From: Flavobacteriales bacterium
Lineage (GTDB): Bacteria > Bacteroidota > Bacteroidia > Flavobacteriales > UBA7430
NCBI GenBank assembly: GCA_029247585.1
Contig: JAQWKY010000112.1
Span: 6,235-70,234, forward strand
Reading direction: 5' to 3'
DNA: 64,000 nt
The first letter of the stretch is position 1; every line of letters starts with the position of its first letter. Positions 8,841-19,384 of the stretch are shown in pieces. Under the pieces are notes generated by a model, which was given only the letters and a program-made list of their open reading frames with translations, made no database searches and had not been told where the DNA came from. Made by a program: the position numbers and the translations under genes.

Positions 8841-11375
8841 ATGAGAAAATGGATGTATTTTTTGAGTTTTTTGTGCTTGTTTATAGGCATTTCACAAGAT
8901 GTAAAAGCGCAGTTGTTTGGAAAGAAAAAAGCCAAGACTGAGAGCACCGTCAAAAAAGATCCGATAAGCAAATACGAGCAAAAAATCAAAGATGCAGAAA
9001 AATTGGAGGGGCTCTTTACCCTATATCGAGATTCCAAAAAAGGCAAGCTTTATTTAGAGATTACTTCAGATCAATTGAACAAGGAGTACATACACTTTAG
9101 TTATATTGAAAATGGCGTAGCAGATGCGGGTTTTTTCAGAGGAAATTTTAGAGGTTCGAAAGTTTTTAAAATTCAGAAGTATTATGATCGTATTGAATTT
9201 GTCCAACAGAATACTCGTTATTATTTCGATGAGGAAAGTGCTTTGGCGAAGTCTTCTGATGCGAACATCAATAATCCGGTCTTATTAAGTGAGACTATTA
9301 TTGCAGTGGGTAAGGACAGCACTAAATACTTGTTGGATGCGGATAAGATCTTTTTAAATGAAAAGTTACAACAATTAAAAAGAGCAGGCATTCCCGGTTT
9401 TAGAGGTTTTCAGGTTGGGAAGCTCAGCAAAACCAAGACCAAGTACCACAAATTAAAAAACTACCCTCAAAACACAGATATTGTTGTTCAATATGCCTAT
9501 GATAACGTGTTACCTAAGTTTCCTGGGAGTTCTGCTGTAGCAGACTCTCGATATGTAAATGTACTGGTTCAACATTCCTTGATTGAAATACCCTCGAACA
9601 ACTTTGAGCCCCGTTATGACGATCCTAGAGTGGGGTACTTTACCACCAAGGGTAATGACATGACCTCTACGGAGGCATTGAATTATCGGGATCTTGTACA
9701 TCGTTGGAATTTGGTGAAAAAAGATCCAGATTTGGCTGTTTCGGAACCTGTAGAGCCCTTAGTGTTCTGGATAGAAAACACAACGCCTTTAAAATTGAGG
9801 CCTTGGATTAAAGATGCGGTAGAATCTTGGAGTGATGCTTTTGAGAGTGCCGGCTTTAAAGATGCCGTTCAGGTAAAAATACAACCCGATACAGCGCTTT
9901 GGGATGCGGGTGATCTTCGCTACAATGTTCTTCGTTGGGTGTCTTCGCCAAGGCCTATGTTTGGAGGTTATGGACCAAGTTTTGTAAATCCTCGTACCGG
10001 TCAAATTATGGGGGCTGACATCATGTTGGAATGGGTTTACATCACAAAACGAATCAAGCAAGGTGAGCTTTTTGAACAGACGGGTCTCCCATCTGAAGAA
10101 GCGCATTCAACAAACGATCATTATTGTTCTGCATCCTCATTAATGCAATCCAACAATTTGTTTGCTCAGAGTGCTATCGATGCTTTGGAACTTTCCCCAG
10201 AAAGTAAAGAGGATTTACTCAGGGAGTCGATAAAGCGACTGGTTCTGCATGAGGTGGGACATACGTTGGGTCTAAATCATAATTTTAAAGGTTCAAATTG
10301 GCTCACTTACGATGAAGTTTTAGATAAAGAAACTACCTATGAAAAAGGCCTTTGTTCCTCCGTAATGGAGTATCCTGCGATTAATTTCAGTTTGAACCCT
10401 GAGAATCAAGGCTTGTACTATGATACTGTTCCTGGAGTTTATGACCACTGGGCCATACAGTTTGCTTATGCAGATTTTGATGAAGAAGGATTGAATGACT
10501 TATTGTCTGAGAGTACAAAACATGGTCATGATTTTGCCAATGATGCGGATGATATGCGTTCTGTAGGAAAGGGGATGGACCCTGATGCCATGATTTATGA
10601 TTTGACCTCAGACCCTGTTGCCTATGCGATAGATCGGATTGAATTGATCAATAAGATATTGCCGAATATTCTAGATAAATATCGAAAGGAGGGGCGCTCT
10701 CACCAAGAAGTGTTGAATTCCTACATGACGCTAACGGCCCAATATTATGTTTCTCTAAAAATCATAAGTAGGCAGATTGCTGGAGTTCATGTAAGTAGGG
10801 CAATGGTAGGACAAGAAAATGAGTCTAAACCTTTTTCACCAGTATCCTATGCAGCACAGAAGAAAGCGATGCAAGCACTTGCAAAGTATGGGTTTGCACC
10901 CAGTGCATTTGAGAAAGCTGCAGATTTGTACCCCTATTTACAACAACAACGTAGAGGATTTAACACCCCCTATGGAGGTGAGGATCCGAAAATTCACGAA
11001 CGTGTTTTGAGTATTCAAAAGGCTGTTTTAGCTCAATTATTGAATAGGAATGTACTCAATCGTATGGTAAACACTTCTCTGTATGGAAACGAATACGAAT
11101 TGGCGATTTATTTTACAGACCTAAATGAGGCCATTTTTGAAGAAGATAAAAAGACGGCAGTGAATAGTTTCAGACAAAATTTGCAACTGGCTTTTGTGAA
11201 TCGCTTGATTCGAATTGCGGAGAGTAGGAGTTTACACGGAATGATTCGTTCTCAGCTCCACCATCAACTGAATCAGATACATGATGAAGTAAGTACGGAT
11301 AGAGGTATAGGAGCAAGCACCAATGCACACCGAGACTATTTGGCTTATTTGATTCAAAGGTATTTCGACAAGTAA
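8841..11375 (+). CDS. secreted zinc-dependent metalloprotease (HExxH, DUF4953/DUF5117-type)
   Basis: About 844 aa from the ATG giving MRKWMYFLSFLCLFIGISQDVKAQ (signal peptide). Catalytic motif VLHEVGHTLGLNHNF. Confidence 0.8.
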   Translation: MRKWMYFLSFLCLFIGISQDVKAQLFGKKKAKTESTVKKDPISKYEQKIKDAEKLEGLFTLYRDSKKGKLYLEITSDQLNKEYIHFSYIENGVADAGFFRGNFRGSKVFKIQKYYDRIEFVQQNTRYYFDEESALAKSSDANINNPVLLSETIIAVGKDSTKYLLDADKIFLNEKLQQLKRAGIPGFRGFQVGKLSKTKTKYHKLKNYPQNTDIVVQYAYDNVLPKFPGSSAVADSRYVNVLVQHSLIEIPSNNFEPRYDDPRVGYFTTKGNDMTSTEALNYRDLVHRWNLVKKDPDLAVSEPVEPLVFWIENTTPLKLRPWIKDAVESWSDAFESAGFKDAVQVKIQPDTALWDAGDLRYNVLRWVSSPRPMFGGYGPSFVNPRTGQIMGADIMLEWVYITKRIKQGELFEQTGLPSEEAHSTNDHYCSASSLMQSNNLFAQSAIDALELSPESKEDLLRESIKRLVLHEVGHTLGLNHNFKGSNWLTYDEVLDKETTYEKGLCSSVMEYPAINFSLNPENQGLYYDTVPGVYDHWAIQFAYADFDEEGLNDLLSESTKHGHDFANDADDMRSVGKGMDPDAMIYDLTSDPVAYAIDRIELINKILPNILDKYRKEGRSHQEVLNSYMTLTAQYYVSLKIISRQIAGVHVSRAMVGQENESKPFSPVSYAAQKKAMQALAKYGFAPSAFEKAADLYPYLQQQRRGFNTPYGGEDPKIHERVLSIQKAVLAQLLNRNVLNRMVNTSLYGNEYELAIYFTDLNEAIFEEDKKTAVNSFRQNLQLAFVNRLIRIAESRSLHGMIRSQLHHQLNQIHDEVSTDRGIGASTNAHRDYLAYLIQRYFDK

Positions 11376-11405
11376 TAAAAACCCTCACAGTATCGTGAGG
11401 GTTTT
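11376..11405. terminator. bidirectional hairpin terminator between convergent genes
   Basis: AACCCTCAC-agtatc-GTGAGGGTT stem, with an A-run upstream and TTTT downstream. It sits between the protease stop (11375) and the acyl-CoA dehydrogenase stop (11425). Confidence 0.6.
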
Positions 11406-11424
11406 CCGCATCCGCAAATAAACT

Positions 11425-13221
11425 TTACAGTTGGGGGGGGTCAAAGCAATATTGTTTTTCTTCAATTAGTTTTTTAGCAATACATCTTCTATGTTCCTTT
11501 AAGTTGGTTGCTTTCGTTTTTGTAAATCGCTTGAGCCCCATCAGTAGCATGCTCTGCTCATCTCCATCAGAGATTGCATACAAGGCTTCCTTCCCATTTT
11601 TTCGAACTTCTTCCACGGCATGGTGCAGGTAGTTGATACACATGGAGATCTTTTCGTTGTGTTTTGTTTCGCCATCTTTCTGGACCAGTTTTTCAGTTTT
11701 CAAAAGTGCAGATTCAAGCATGTATACTTCGATGATCATGTTTGCGACATTCATCATCACTTCTTGTTCTTCAGCCAGTTTTTGGCCTAGTTTTTTTGTG
11801 GCTGTTCCTGCCACCATCAGCACGGTTTTTTTCAGATTGTTTAATATTTTTTTCTCTTCGTGAAAAAAGCCTTCAGACACATCGTTAAAGGATGGAATGC
11901 TCATAAGTTCTTTAGCTACTGCCTTCGCTGGCCCAAAAAGGTCTATTTCGCCCGTCATGGCCTTTTTCATCATCATTTTCACCAATAGAAGTCGATTGAT
12001 TTCATTGGTTCCCTCATAAATTCGAGAGATTCGTGCATCTCGGTAACAAGCCTCTATTTCTGACTCTGCAGAAAAGCCCATTCCACCATAAATTTGGACG
12101 GCTTCATCTGAGACGTATTGAATCATTTCTGAACCAAATACTTTGAGGATGGCACATTCTATGGCATATTCCTCCACTCCTTTTAGCTTGGAGTCTTGAG
12201 CAGATAGGCCTTCTTTTTCCAAACGATGGATGTGATCCTCAATATTTTGTCCTGCACGGTAATTACCGGCATCAGCAACAAATGTTTTGGTAGCCATTTC
12301 AGCCAGTTTGTATTGAATGGCTCCAAAGGAAGCGATGGGTGTTTTAAATTGTTTGCGTTCGTTGGCGTAATTTATAGCGTAATTCAATACTTTTTTTGCC
12401 GCTCCTGTTACCGCAACACTGAGCTTAATTCGTCCTACATTTAAGGCATTCATAGCAATTTTAAACCCTTCTCCACGCTCCCCCAACATCGCCGATTTAG
12501 GTACTTTCACCTGGTTGAAAAATACCTGACGAGTAGATGAAGATCGAATGCCCAGTTTGGCTTCTTCAGGGTTAAGGGTTAAGCCCTCTACTTTATCTTT
12601 TTCAAAGATAAATCCGGTGATGTTTTTGTCGTCTTCGATTCGAGCGAATACGATGAATACCTGAGCGAAGCCGGCATTAGAAATCCATATTTTTTGCCCT
12701 GAGATTTCGTAGTGTTCTTCATCCTCAGTAAGAACGGCTTTTGTTTTCCCTGCGTTGGCATCGGAACCTGCATCTGGTTCGGTAAGATTGTAGCAGGCAA
12801 TCCACTCTCCGGAAGCGAGTTTTGGTAGGTAGTGTTGTTTTTGATCTTCGGTGCCGTAGAGCAAAACAGGTAAGGTTCCAATTCCCGTATGCGCTCCGAA
12901 AGCGGTAGCTACAGAGCCTGTTAGACTAGAAATCTCTTCACAAATCAGCATTCCCGTATTGAAGCTCATTCCCAGTCCGCTGTATTTCTCCGGGACACTT
13001 ATAGCCAATAGTCCGAGCTCCCCTGCTTTTCGAATAATGTTTTCTACCAATGCATAATCTTTTTCTTCAAAACGCATCAGGTGTGGTCGAATTTCACGTT
13101 CGGTAAAATCCTGGGTGGCTCCAAGCATCATCTGTTGTTCTTCACCAAACTCCTCACGAATGAAAATTTCATCAGCTTGGGTTTCTTTCACCAAAAATTG
13201 TCCACCTTTTAAATAGCTCAT
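11425..13221 (-). CDS. acyl-CoA dehydrogenase (long form with C-terminal extension)
   Basis: 598 aa. Motifs CYNLTEPDAGSD and QIYGGMGF...RDARISRIYEGTNEI of the ACAD family. Last gene of the beta-oxidation operon. Confidence 0.9.
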   Translation of the reverse strand: MSYLKGGQFLVKETQADEIFIREEFGEEQQMMLGATQDFTEREIRPHLMRFEEKDYALVENIIRKAGELGLLAISVPEKYSGLGMSFNTGMLICEEISSLTGSVATAFGAHTGIGTLPVLLYGTEDQKQHYLPKLASGEWIACYNLTEPDAGSDANAGKTKAVLTEDEEHYEISGQKIWISNAGFAQVFIVFARIEDDKNITGFIFEKDKVEGLTLNPEEAKLGIRSSSTRQVFFNQVKVPKSAMLGERGEGFKIAMNALNVGRIKLSVAVTGAAKKVLNYAINYANERKQFKTPIASFGAIQYKLAEMATKTFVADAGNYRAGQNIEDHIHRLEKEGLSAQDSKLKGVEEYAIECAILKVFGSEMIQYVSDEAVQIYGGMGFSAESEIEACYRDARISRIYEGTNEINRLLLVKMMMKKAMTGEIDLFGPAKAVAKELMSIPSFNDVSEGFFHEEKKILNNLKKTVLMVAGTATKKLGQKLAEEQEVMMNVANMIIEVYMLESALLKTEKLVQKDGETKHNEKISMCINYLHHAVEEVRKNGKEALYAISDGDEQSMLLMGLKRFTKTKATNLKEHRRCIAKKLIEEKQYCFDPPQL

Positions 13222-13227
13222 CCTGTA

Positions 13228-14406
13228 TTATTTTAAAAGTTCGTAGATGCCCGCAGCACCTTGTCCGGTTCCTACGCACATGGTAACCATGCCGTAGCGT
13301 TGTTTTCTTCTGCGCATTTCGTTGAATAATTGTACGGAGAGTTTCGCCCCCGTACAGCCCAAAGGGTGGCCTAAGGCAATAGCTCCTCCATTGACATTTA
13401 CGATAGTAGGGTCAATGTCAAGTTCTTTCAACACGGCAAGAGATTGAGAGGCAAAGGCTTCGTTCAGTTCTATTTGCTGAATGTCTTGTAATTTTAAACC
13501 TGATGCTTTCAAGGCTTTGGGTGCTGCATATACAGGACCCATACCCATAACTTTGGGTTCTAAACCTGCAACTTGATAGCTTAGCAATTGGGCAACAGGT
13601 TCAAGATTCAGCTCTTTGACCATTTTTTCAGACATGACCAACACAAAAGCTGCCCCATCAGAGGTTTGTGATGCATTTCCTGCGGTAACAGAACCCGAAG
13701 CTGCAAATACTGGACGTAAGCGAGCTAGTGCAGCTGTACTTGTTCCTCTTCGCGGTCCTTCATCGGTGTCAACAATGTAGGATCGGGTCTGTTTTTTTTC
13801 ATTTTCATCTAAGAAGATTTCTTCCACATCAATGGGTACAATCTCGTCTTTAAATAATTTGGCATCGATTGCCTTTAAAGCCTTTTGATGTGAGTTGAAG
13901 GCGAATTCATCTTGCTCCGACCTTGATATAGAAAAACGATTTGCAACTTCTTCAGCCGTATTTCCCATGCCCCAGTACCAGCTTGGATTGTTCGTAGCTA
14001 CCTTAGTGTTTGGAACGACTCTCCATCCACCAAAGGGGATGGGTGACATGGTTTCAACTCCACCTGCAATGATGCAATGTGCCATTCCCGCATTAATTTT
14101 TGCAGATGCTATGGCTATAGATTCAAGACCCGAAGAACAGTACCTGTTGATGGTCATACCCGGAACGAGATCCGTATTTAAACCCATTAGAGAAATCATG
14201 CGTCCAATATTCAATCCTTGTTCTGCTTCGGGGGTTGCATTTCCAACAATCACATCATCAATCCGATTGACATCCAAGTCTGGGATAGCCTTTACCAAAT
14301 GGTTGACCGTAGCGGCTGCCAAGTCGTCAGGGCGCATAAATCGGAACACCCCTCGTGGGGCTTTACCTACAGCTGTTCGATATCCTTTTATGATGTATGC
14401 TTTCAT
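13228..14406 (-). CDS. fadA: acetyl-CoA C-acyltransferase (3-ketoacyl-CoA thiolase)
   Basis: 392 aa. Active-site regions [18 protein letters not shown] and [15 protein letters not shown]. Confidence 0.95.
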   Translation of the reverse strand: MKAYIIKGYRTAVGKAPRGVFRFMRPDDLAAATVNHLVKAIPDLDVNRIDDVIVGNATPEAEQGLNIGRMISLMGLNTDLVPGMTINRYCSSGLESIAIASAKINAGMAHCIIAGGVETMSPIPFGGWRVVPNTKVATNNPSWYWGMGNTAEEVANRFSISRSEQDEFAFNSHQKALKAIDAKLFKDEIVPIDVEEIFLDENEKKQTRSYIVDTDEGPRRGTSTAALARLRPVFAASGSVTAGNASQTSDGAAFVLVMSEKMVKELNLEPVAQLLSYQVAGLEPKVMGMGPVYAAPKALKASGLKLQDIQQIELNEAFASQSLAVLKELDIDPTIVNVNGGAIALGHPLGCTGAKLSVQLFNEMRRRKQRYGMVTMCVGTGQGAAGIYELLK

Positions 14407-14416
14407 CTTATCCGTC

Positions 14417-16828
14417 TTAATTTCGTAATGGTTTTCCTGTTTTGAGCATATGTTCTATGCGTTCCAGTGTTTTACGCTCTCCTGTGAGCGAAAGAAAAGC
14501 TTCTCTTTCTAGGTCGAGGAGGTACTGTTCGCTTACTAGAGTAGGCTTTGATAGGTCACCTCCTGCCATCACGTATCCGAGTTTTTCCGACATCAATTTT
14601 TCGTGTTCTGTAATGAAGCCTGCGTGCAACATGGAGTCTGCTCCTACGAGAAAAGAACCTAAAATTTGGTTCCCTAAAACTTTCACATTCTTTTCTTTTG
14701 AAGGGGGTCTGTATCCCTTTTCTGCTAGAGCTATTGCTGCAGCCTTGGCATCGCTAATTCGTCTTTTTTTATTGATAGAAATGCCATCAACACCTTTTCT
14801 TAAAAGTCCTAAATTCATGGCTTCGTGCGCTGAGCTAGAGACTTTAGCCATGCCAATGTTTAGAAAGAGCTCCCGAATTAGGGGGTTTTCAATATCTCCT
14901 GGATTGAATCGCTCTGATGCGCGTAAGGCCATTTCTTTAGAGCCTCCACCTCCGGGTATAAGTCCAACACCCATCTCCACCAAGCCCATGTAGGTTTCTG
15001 CTGCTGCTTGAGTTAGGTCTGCATGTAGGGATATTTCACACCCACCACCCAATGTCATGGCATGAGGTGCAACAACCACAGGAATATTCGAGTAACGAAT
15101 TTTTTGAGTGGTTTGTTGGAAGGCTCGAACTGCAAAATCCAGTTCCTCATAATCTTGTTCAATGGCCATCATAAAAATCATGGCCAGATTAGCACCTACA
15201 GAAAAGTTGGCGCCTTGATTGGCAATGATTAGGCCTCGGTATTTTTCTTCCGTCAATTCAATAGCTTGTTGAATGGCTTGTAAAGTATCACCACCGACTG
15301 AATTCATCTTAGAATGAAATTCGAGGTTGACTATGCCATCGCCAAGATCAATCAATGAGGCAACCTCTTTTTGCCATATCAAATTGTTTTTTTTCCGAAC
15401 GTGCAATTCGATGAGGCTGTCCTGACTTGGTATTTTTAGGTAGCCTTGCTCGAGTTGATTATAGTACAATTGGGACGATTCCTCAATGCGGTAAAAAGAC
15501 GTTTGTCCATCCTCTAGCATTTTTTTCACCCAAGGAGCTATATCCCTTCCTAAAGCTGCCGCTTGATCATGTGCAGATTGAATCCCAATGGCATCCCAAA
15601 TTTCAAAGGGGCCCAATTCCCATCCAAACCCTGCTTTAATGGCCTGATCTATGCGGTAAGTCTCATCCGAAATTTCGGGTATTCGATGAGATACATAGGC
15701 AAACATGCTGGTGAACATTTCTCGGTAGAAATCACCGACTTCACATTTACTATTGAAAAGGAATTTAATCCGTTGTCTAAGACTTTCAATTTCTTTAGCT
15801 TTGGCTAAAGCGGGGAATTTAATTCGATTTTGAGGCTTGTATTCAAAAGTTTTAAAGTCAAGAGATAAAATAATTTTCTTACCCTCCTCATTCTTAGTTT
15901 TCTTGTAAAAGCCCTGTTTTGTTTTATCTCCGAGCCATTTGTTTTCGTAAAGCTTTTGAACGTATTTGGGGAGTTTAAATTCTTCTCGAGCCAGGTCTTT
16001 TGGACAGTTCTCATAAAGGCCATGGGCTACATGAACCAGCGTATCCAAACCCACCACATCACAGGTGCGGAAAGTCGCCGATTTGGGACGGCCTATGATG
16101 GGGCCGGTAAGTTTATCGATGGCTTCTACGGTAAGTCCCTTATTTTTTACCAGATGAAATAGAGATAGGATGCCCGCAACTCCAATTCGGTTGGCTATAA
16201 AAGCTGGGGTATCCTTACAGAGTACCGTTGTTTTACCCAGGTGTCGATCGCCAAAATCCATCAGGAATTCAACAATGTTTGCATCTGTATGTTTAGTGGG
16301 TATAATTTCCAGTAGCTCCAAGTAACGCGGAGGATTGAAGAAATGAGTCCCTAAGAAGTGCTTTTTGAAGTCATCACTCCGATCCTTGAGCATCAAGTGA
16401 ATAGGGATTCCTGAAGTGTTGCTGGATACAATACTTCCTTTTTTTCTATATTTTTCTACCTCATCATAAACCTGCTTCTTGATGTCTAGTCGCTCTACGA
16501 CGACTTCGATTATCCAATCGGCATTCGATATTTTTTTAATACCGTCGCTTAGATTTCCAGTTTCAATTCTGCTAGCGAACTCCTTTTTGTAAAGTGGAGC
16601 CGGTTTAGATTTGAGGGTAGACTTCAGCGCTTCATTCACGATTCGGTCTTTTACTTTGGGGTCGTTCAAAGGTAAACCGGCTTTTTTTTCCACTTCATTT
16701 AATTCACTGGGGGCAATGTCTAGTAAGAGTACATCGAGGCCAATGTTTGCCATGTGGCAGGCTATTCGAGATCCCATGATTCCCGAGCCAATAATAGCTA
16801 CTTTTTTCAGGCTTCTTTTAAATTTCAT
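14417..16828 (-). CDS. fused 3-hydroxyacyl-CoA dehydrogenase / enoyl-CoA hydratase (FadB/FadJ-like, dehydrogenase domain N-terminal)
   Basis: 803 aa. N-terminal Rossmann motif VAIIGSGIMGSRIA with an HFFNPP motif. The C-terminal half is crotonase-like (GGGCEISLHAD). Confidence 0.9.
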   Translation of the reverse strand: MKFKRSLKKVAIIGSGIMGSRIACHMANIGLDVLLLDIAPSELNEVEKKAGLPLNDPKVKDRIVNEALKSTLKSKPAPLYKKEFASRIETGNLSDGIKKISNADWIIEVVVERLDIKKQVYDEVEKYRKKGSIVSSNTSGIPIHLMLKDRSDDFKKHFLGTHFFNPPRYLELLEIIPTKHTDANIVEFLMDFGDRHLGKTTVLCKDTPAFIANRIGVAGILSLFHLVKNKGLTVEAIDKLTGPIIGRPKSATFRTCDVVGLDTLVHVAHGLYENCPKDLAREEFKLPKYVQKLYENKWLGDKTKQGFYKKTKNEEGKKIILSLDFKTFEYKPQNRIKFPALAKAKEIESLRQRIKFLFNSKCEVGDFYREMFTSMFAYVSHRIPEISDETYRIDQAIKAGFGWELGPFEIWDAIGIQSAHDQAAALGRDIAPWVKKMLEDGQTSFYRIEESSQLYYNQLEQGYLKIPSQDSLIELHVRKKNNLIWQKEVASLIDLGDGIVNLEFHSKMNSVGGDTLQAIQQAIELTEEKYRGLIIANQGANFSVGANLAMIFMMAIEQDYEELDFAVRAFQQTTQKIRYSNIPVVVAPHAMTLGGGCEISLHADLTQAAAETYMGLVEMGVGLIPGGGGSKEMALRASERFNPGDIENPLIRELFLNIGMAKVSSSAHEAMNLGLLRKGVDGISINKKRRISDAKAAAIALAEKGYRPPSKEKNVKVLGNQILGSFLVGADSMLHAGFITEHEKLMSEKLGYVMAGGDLSKPTLVSEQYLLDLEREAFLSLTGERKTLERIEHMLKTGKPLRN

Positions 16829-17255
16829 TTTTCAGTTCTTCAACAGATACGTCTATTGAATCCATAACCTTGTAGAAGGTGTCTAAATCCTCTTGGGTGA
16901 TTTTTTCGAAGACACGTTCGTTAAATAGTTTTACATTTTCTGAAGCGATTTTCCGATAACTTAATCCCTTCTTGGTTAAGAATATGTGTACTTTTCTTTT
17001 GTCTGATGAGTCTGTTTTTTTTCGAATGTAACCCTGGTCATGCATTCCTTTGAGTGTTCGGGTTAAGCTTCGAGATTCCATACCCATTTTAGGTCCCAGT
17101 CGGGTCGACAATATTCCGTCTTTCTCGATGTTTAGCAAGGCAAACCCCGTAGAGGCTGTTGCGTTATGATCTTTAGCTTGCTCATTGTAAAATCTTGAGA
17201 TGCCGTGCCAAGAAGACCTAATTCTGAAATCGATAATGTGTGTTTTTTCGTTCAT
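16818..17255 (-). CDS. MarR-family transcriptional regulator, first gene of the beta-oxidation operon
   Basis: 145 aa. Winged-HTH region LGPKMGMESRSLTRTLKGMHDQGYIRKKTDSSDKRKVHIFLTKKG. Overlaps the next gene by 11 nt. Confidence 0.85.
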   Translation of the reverse strand: MNEKTHIIDFRIRSSWHGISRFYNEQAKDHNATASTGFALLNIEKDGILSTRLGPKMGMESRSLTRTLKGMHDQGYIRKKTDSSDKRKVHIFLTKKGLSYRKIASENVKLFNERVFEKITQEDLDTFYKVMDSIDVSVEELKNEI

Positions 17256-17290
17256 TGTATATGTGCTTTACTCAAAGCTACTAAAAAAAA

Positions 17291-17332
17291 GTATGCAAGC
17301 ATAATTAAATTGTAATTATTTGGCATGCATAC
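17291..17332. promoter_or_regulatory. 42-nt imperfect palindrome in the MarR/fad operon promoter region (candidate operator)
   Basis: GTATGCA-agc-ATAATTA-aattg-TAATTAT-ttggca-TGCATAC. The outer and inner arms are exact reverse complements. It lies 36-77 nt upstream of the MarR ATG, next to a minus-strand TAGCTTTG -7 box (17273-17280). Confidence 0.35.
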
Positions 17333-17402
17333 CTTTTTTTGTTGGTTGTAGATATCTGTAAAACCTTTTATTGGTAGGAGTTTTAGGGCTTTTTTTGAGT
17401 GC

Positions 17403-17435
17403 AAAAAAAAAGCTCTAACGGTAATTGTTAGAGCT
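17403..17435 (-). terminator. Rho-independent terminator of fadD
   Basis: AGCTCTAAC-ggtaatt-GTTAGAGCT is a 9-bp perfect stem. On the minus strand it is followed by an 8-nt T-run (plus-strand A-run 17403-17410). It lies about 65 nt past the fadD stop. Confidence 0.7.
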
Positions 17436-17501
17436 TAATTTAGTGGATTTTACGTCTTTAATTATTTAGAAAACAGCTTTGATCGTTTGTTTTGAACGTG
17501 T

Positions 17502-19274
17502 TTATGAGCTGTAAATTTCACGGTATTCATTTTCGTATTTTGCCCGTATCGGCTTTCTTTTTAATTTGAGCGTAGCCGTAAGTTCACCTCCGTCAACCGT
17601 CCAGACATCTTTCATAAGCACGAATTTTTTGACCTGCTCGTAGGGAGCGAATTGTTGATTGTATCGGTTGATTTCACTCTCGTATTTTTTCAGGACTTCA
17701 GGGTGTTCAGTCATCTGCGAATTGGTGGTGAATTCGATGTCGTGAAGTTGGCACCAAACTTTAAGGGATTCAAATTCTGGAACGATGAATGCACCTGGCA
17801 TTTTTTCACCATCTCCGAGTACCATGACTTGTTCAATGATTCTGGATTCTTTGAATTTATTTTCCATGACCTGAGGAGTAATGTATTTTCCACCTGAGGT
17901 TTTAAAAATTTCTTTTTTACGGTCGGTGATTTGCAGATACACTCCGTCAACCATTTTTCCGATATCTCCAGTGGCAAACCATCCGTCTTCATCAATGACT
18001 TCTGCTGTCAGGTCGGGTCTTTTGTAGTAGCCCATCATCACATTCTGTCCTTTACATAGAATTTCTCCATCTTCTCCAAACTTTACCCTTACACCTTTCA
18101 TAACCTTTCCAACGGTACCGTAACATCTTCCTCCTTTATCAGGGGTGTTTACAGCAACTACAGGCGAGGTTTCTGACAGGCCATAGCCTTCAAAAATTGG
18201 GATTTGAGCGGCCGTGAATACTCGAGCCAATCGAGGTTGTAAAGCTGCCGCGCCCGAAAAGATGTATTTGATGTTGCCACCAACGGCTTCGCGCCATTTG
18301 CTAAAAATAAGTTTGTTGGCAATCTTCAATTGAAACTCGTAAAGGGCTCCATTTTTCCCTTCGAGTTCGTGACGAAGCCCTAGGTTCAAAGCCCAAAAGA
18401 ATAGGTTCTTTTTAATTCCCTTTAGCTCAGAGCCTTTGGCAACAATTTTGTCGTATATTTTTTCTAATAAGCGGGGTACTGTTGGCATGATACTCGGTTT
18501 AATTTCTTTTAAATTATCGCCGATTTGTTCGATGCTTTCTGCGTAGTATATAGAGGTTCCTTTGAAGAGGTAATAGTATTCCACCACACGTTCAAAAACG
18601 TGGCAGAGGGGTAAGAAGCTTATGGCTCTGTCGGTTTCATCCAATGGGAGGGAGTCTTTAAGCCCAATAAGTTGAGAGAACAAATTGTCGTGAGACAACA
18701 TCACTCCTTTTGGATTTCCCGTAGTCCCTGAAGTGTAAATGATGGTAAACAGGTCAGATGATTTTACCTCCAGTTGATGTGCTTTCATTTTTGAGGCTTT
18801 TGGGTTTTCCATTCCGTCCTCAATAATTTCATGCCAATCTTTAGCATTTTCAATTTCATCAAATGCATAGATGGCTTCTAAAGATTCGACCTTGTCGACA
18901 AGCGTGTGTACTTTTTCAAAAATTTCTTCAGAGCCTACAAATAGAATTCGTGTCGCAGAATCTTTGAGAATGTATTCGTAGTCATCGGTAGTGATGTTTG
19001 GATAGATAGGGACGTTGATGGCTCCAATTTTACTGATGCCCATATCAGCCAATGCCCATTCGGGACGATTGGCAGAAACGATGGCAATTTTATCGCCTGG
19101 ATTTACACCTAAATTTAACAATCCATAGCCTACTGCGTCAGTAATCTTAACGAATTCATCCGCTGAATAGGTTCTCCATACGCCGTCTTCCTTTCCCGCC
19201 AGTACATCAGGTTTGTTAAATTTTTGCTGGGTATATTCTGCGAGTTCAAATATTCTCGTGGGTTTCAAATTCAT
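17502..19274 (-). CDS. fadD: long-chain fatty acid--CoA ligase (AMP-dependent synthetase)
   Basis: 590 aa. AMP-binding motif IIYTSGTTGNPKGVMLSH, plus GYGLSE, TGDIG and LKLKRK motifs. Confidence 0.9.
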   Translation of the reverse strand: MNLKPTRIFELAEYTQQKFNKPDVLAGKEDGVWRTYSADEFVKITDAVGYGLLNLGVNPGDKIAIVSANRPEWALADMGISKIGAINVPIYPNITTDDYEYILKDSATRILFVGSEEIFEKVHTLVDKVESLEAIYAFDEIENAKDWHEIIEDGMENPKASKMKAHQLEVKSSDLFTIIYTSGTTGNPKGVMLSHDNLFSQLIGLKDSLPLDETDRAISFLPLCHVFERVVEYYYLFKGTSIYYAESIEQIGDNLKEIKPSIMPTVPRLLEKIYDKIVAKGSELKGIKKNLFFWALNLGLRHELEGKNGALYEFQLKIANKLIFSKWREAVGGNIKYIFSGAAALQPRLARVFTAAQIPIFEGYGLSETSPVVAVNTPDKGGRCYGTVGKVMKGVRVKFGEDGEILCKGQNVMMGYYKRPDLTAEVIDEDGWFATGDIGKMVDGVYLQITDRKKEIFKTSGGKYITPQVMENKFKESRIIEQVMVLGDGEKMPGAFIVPEFESLKVWCQLHDIEFTTNSQMTEHPEVLKKYESEINRYNQQFAPYEQVKKFVLMKDVWTVDGGELTATLKLKRKPIRAKYENEYREIYSS

Positions 19275-19384
19275 GCCGTTTATTTTAAATCAACTAGTAC
19301 ATTCAAATCTACTAAATTTCCATCAAAATCAATTTGAGCTTTTGAACTCCGATTATGATAACTTACATTTGATAAAATTTGATC

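Noticed and set aside
13895-14993. Long plus-strand ORFs (177, 75 and 183 aa) opposite fadA and fadB
   Set aside because: They are antisense shadow ORFs inside strongly supported, motif-rich minus-strand genes. They have skewed composition (S/P/A/R-rich) and no start context or family resemblance.
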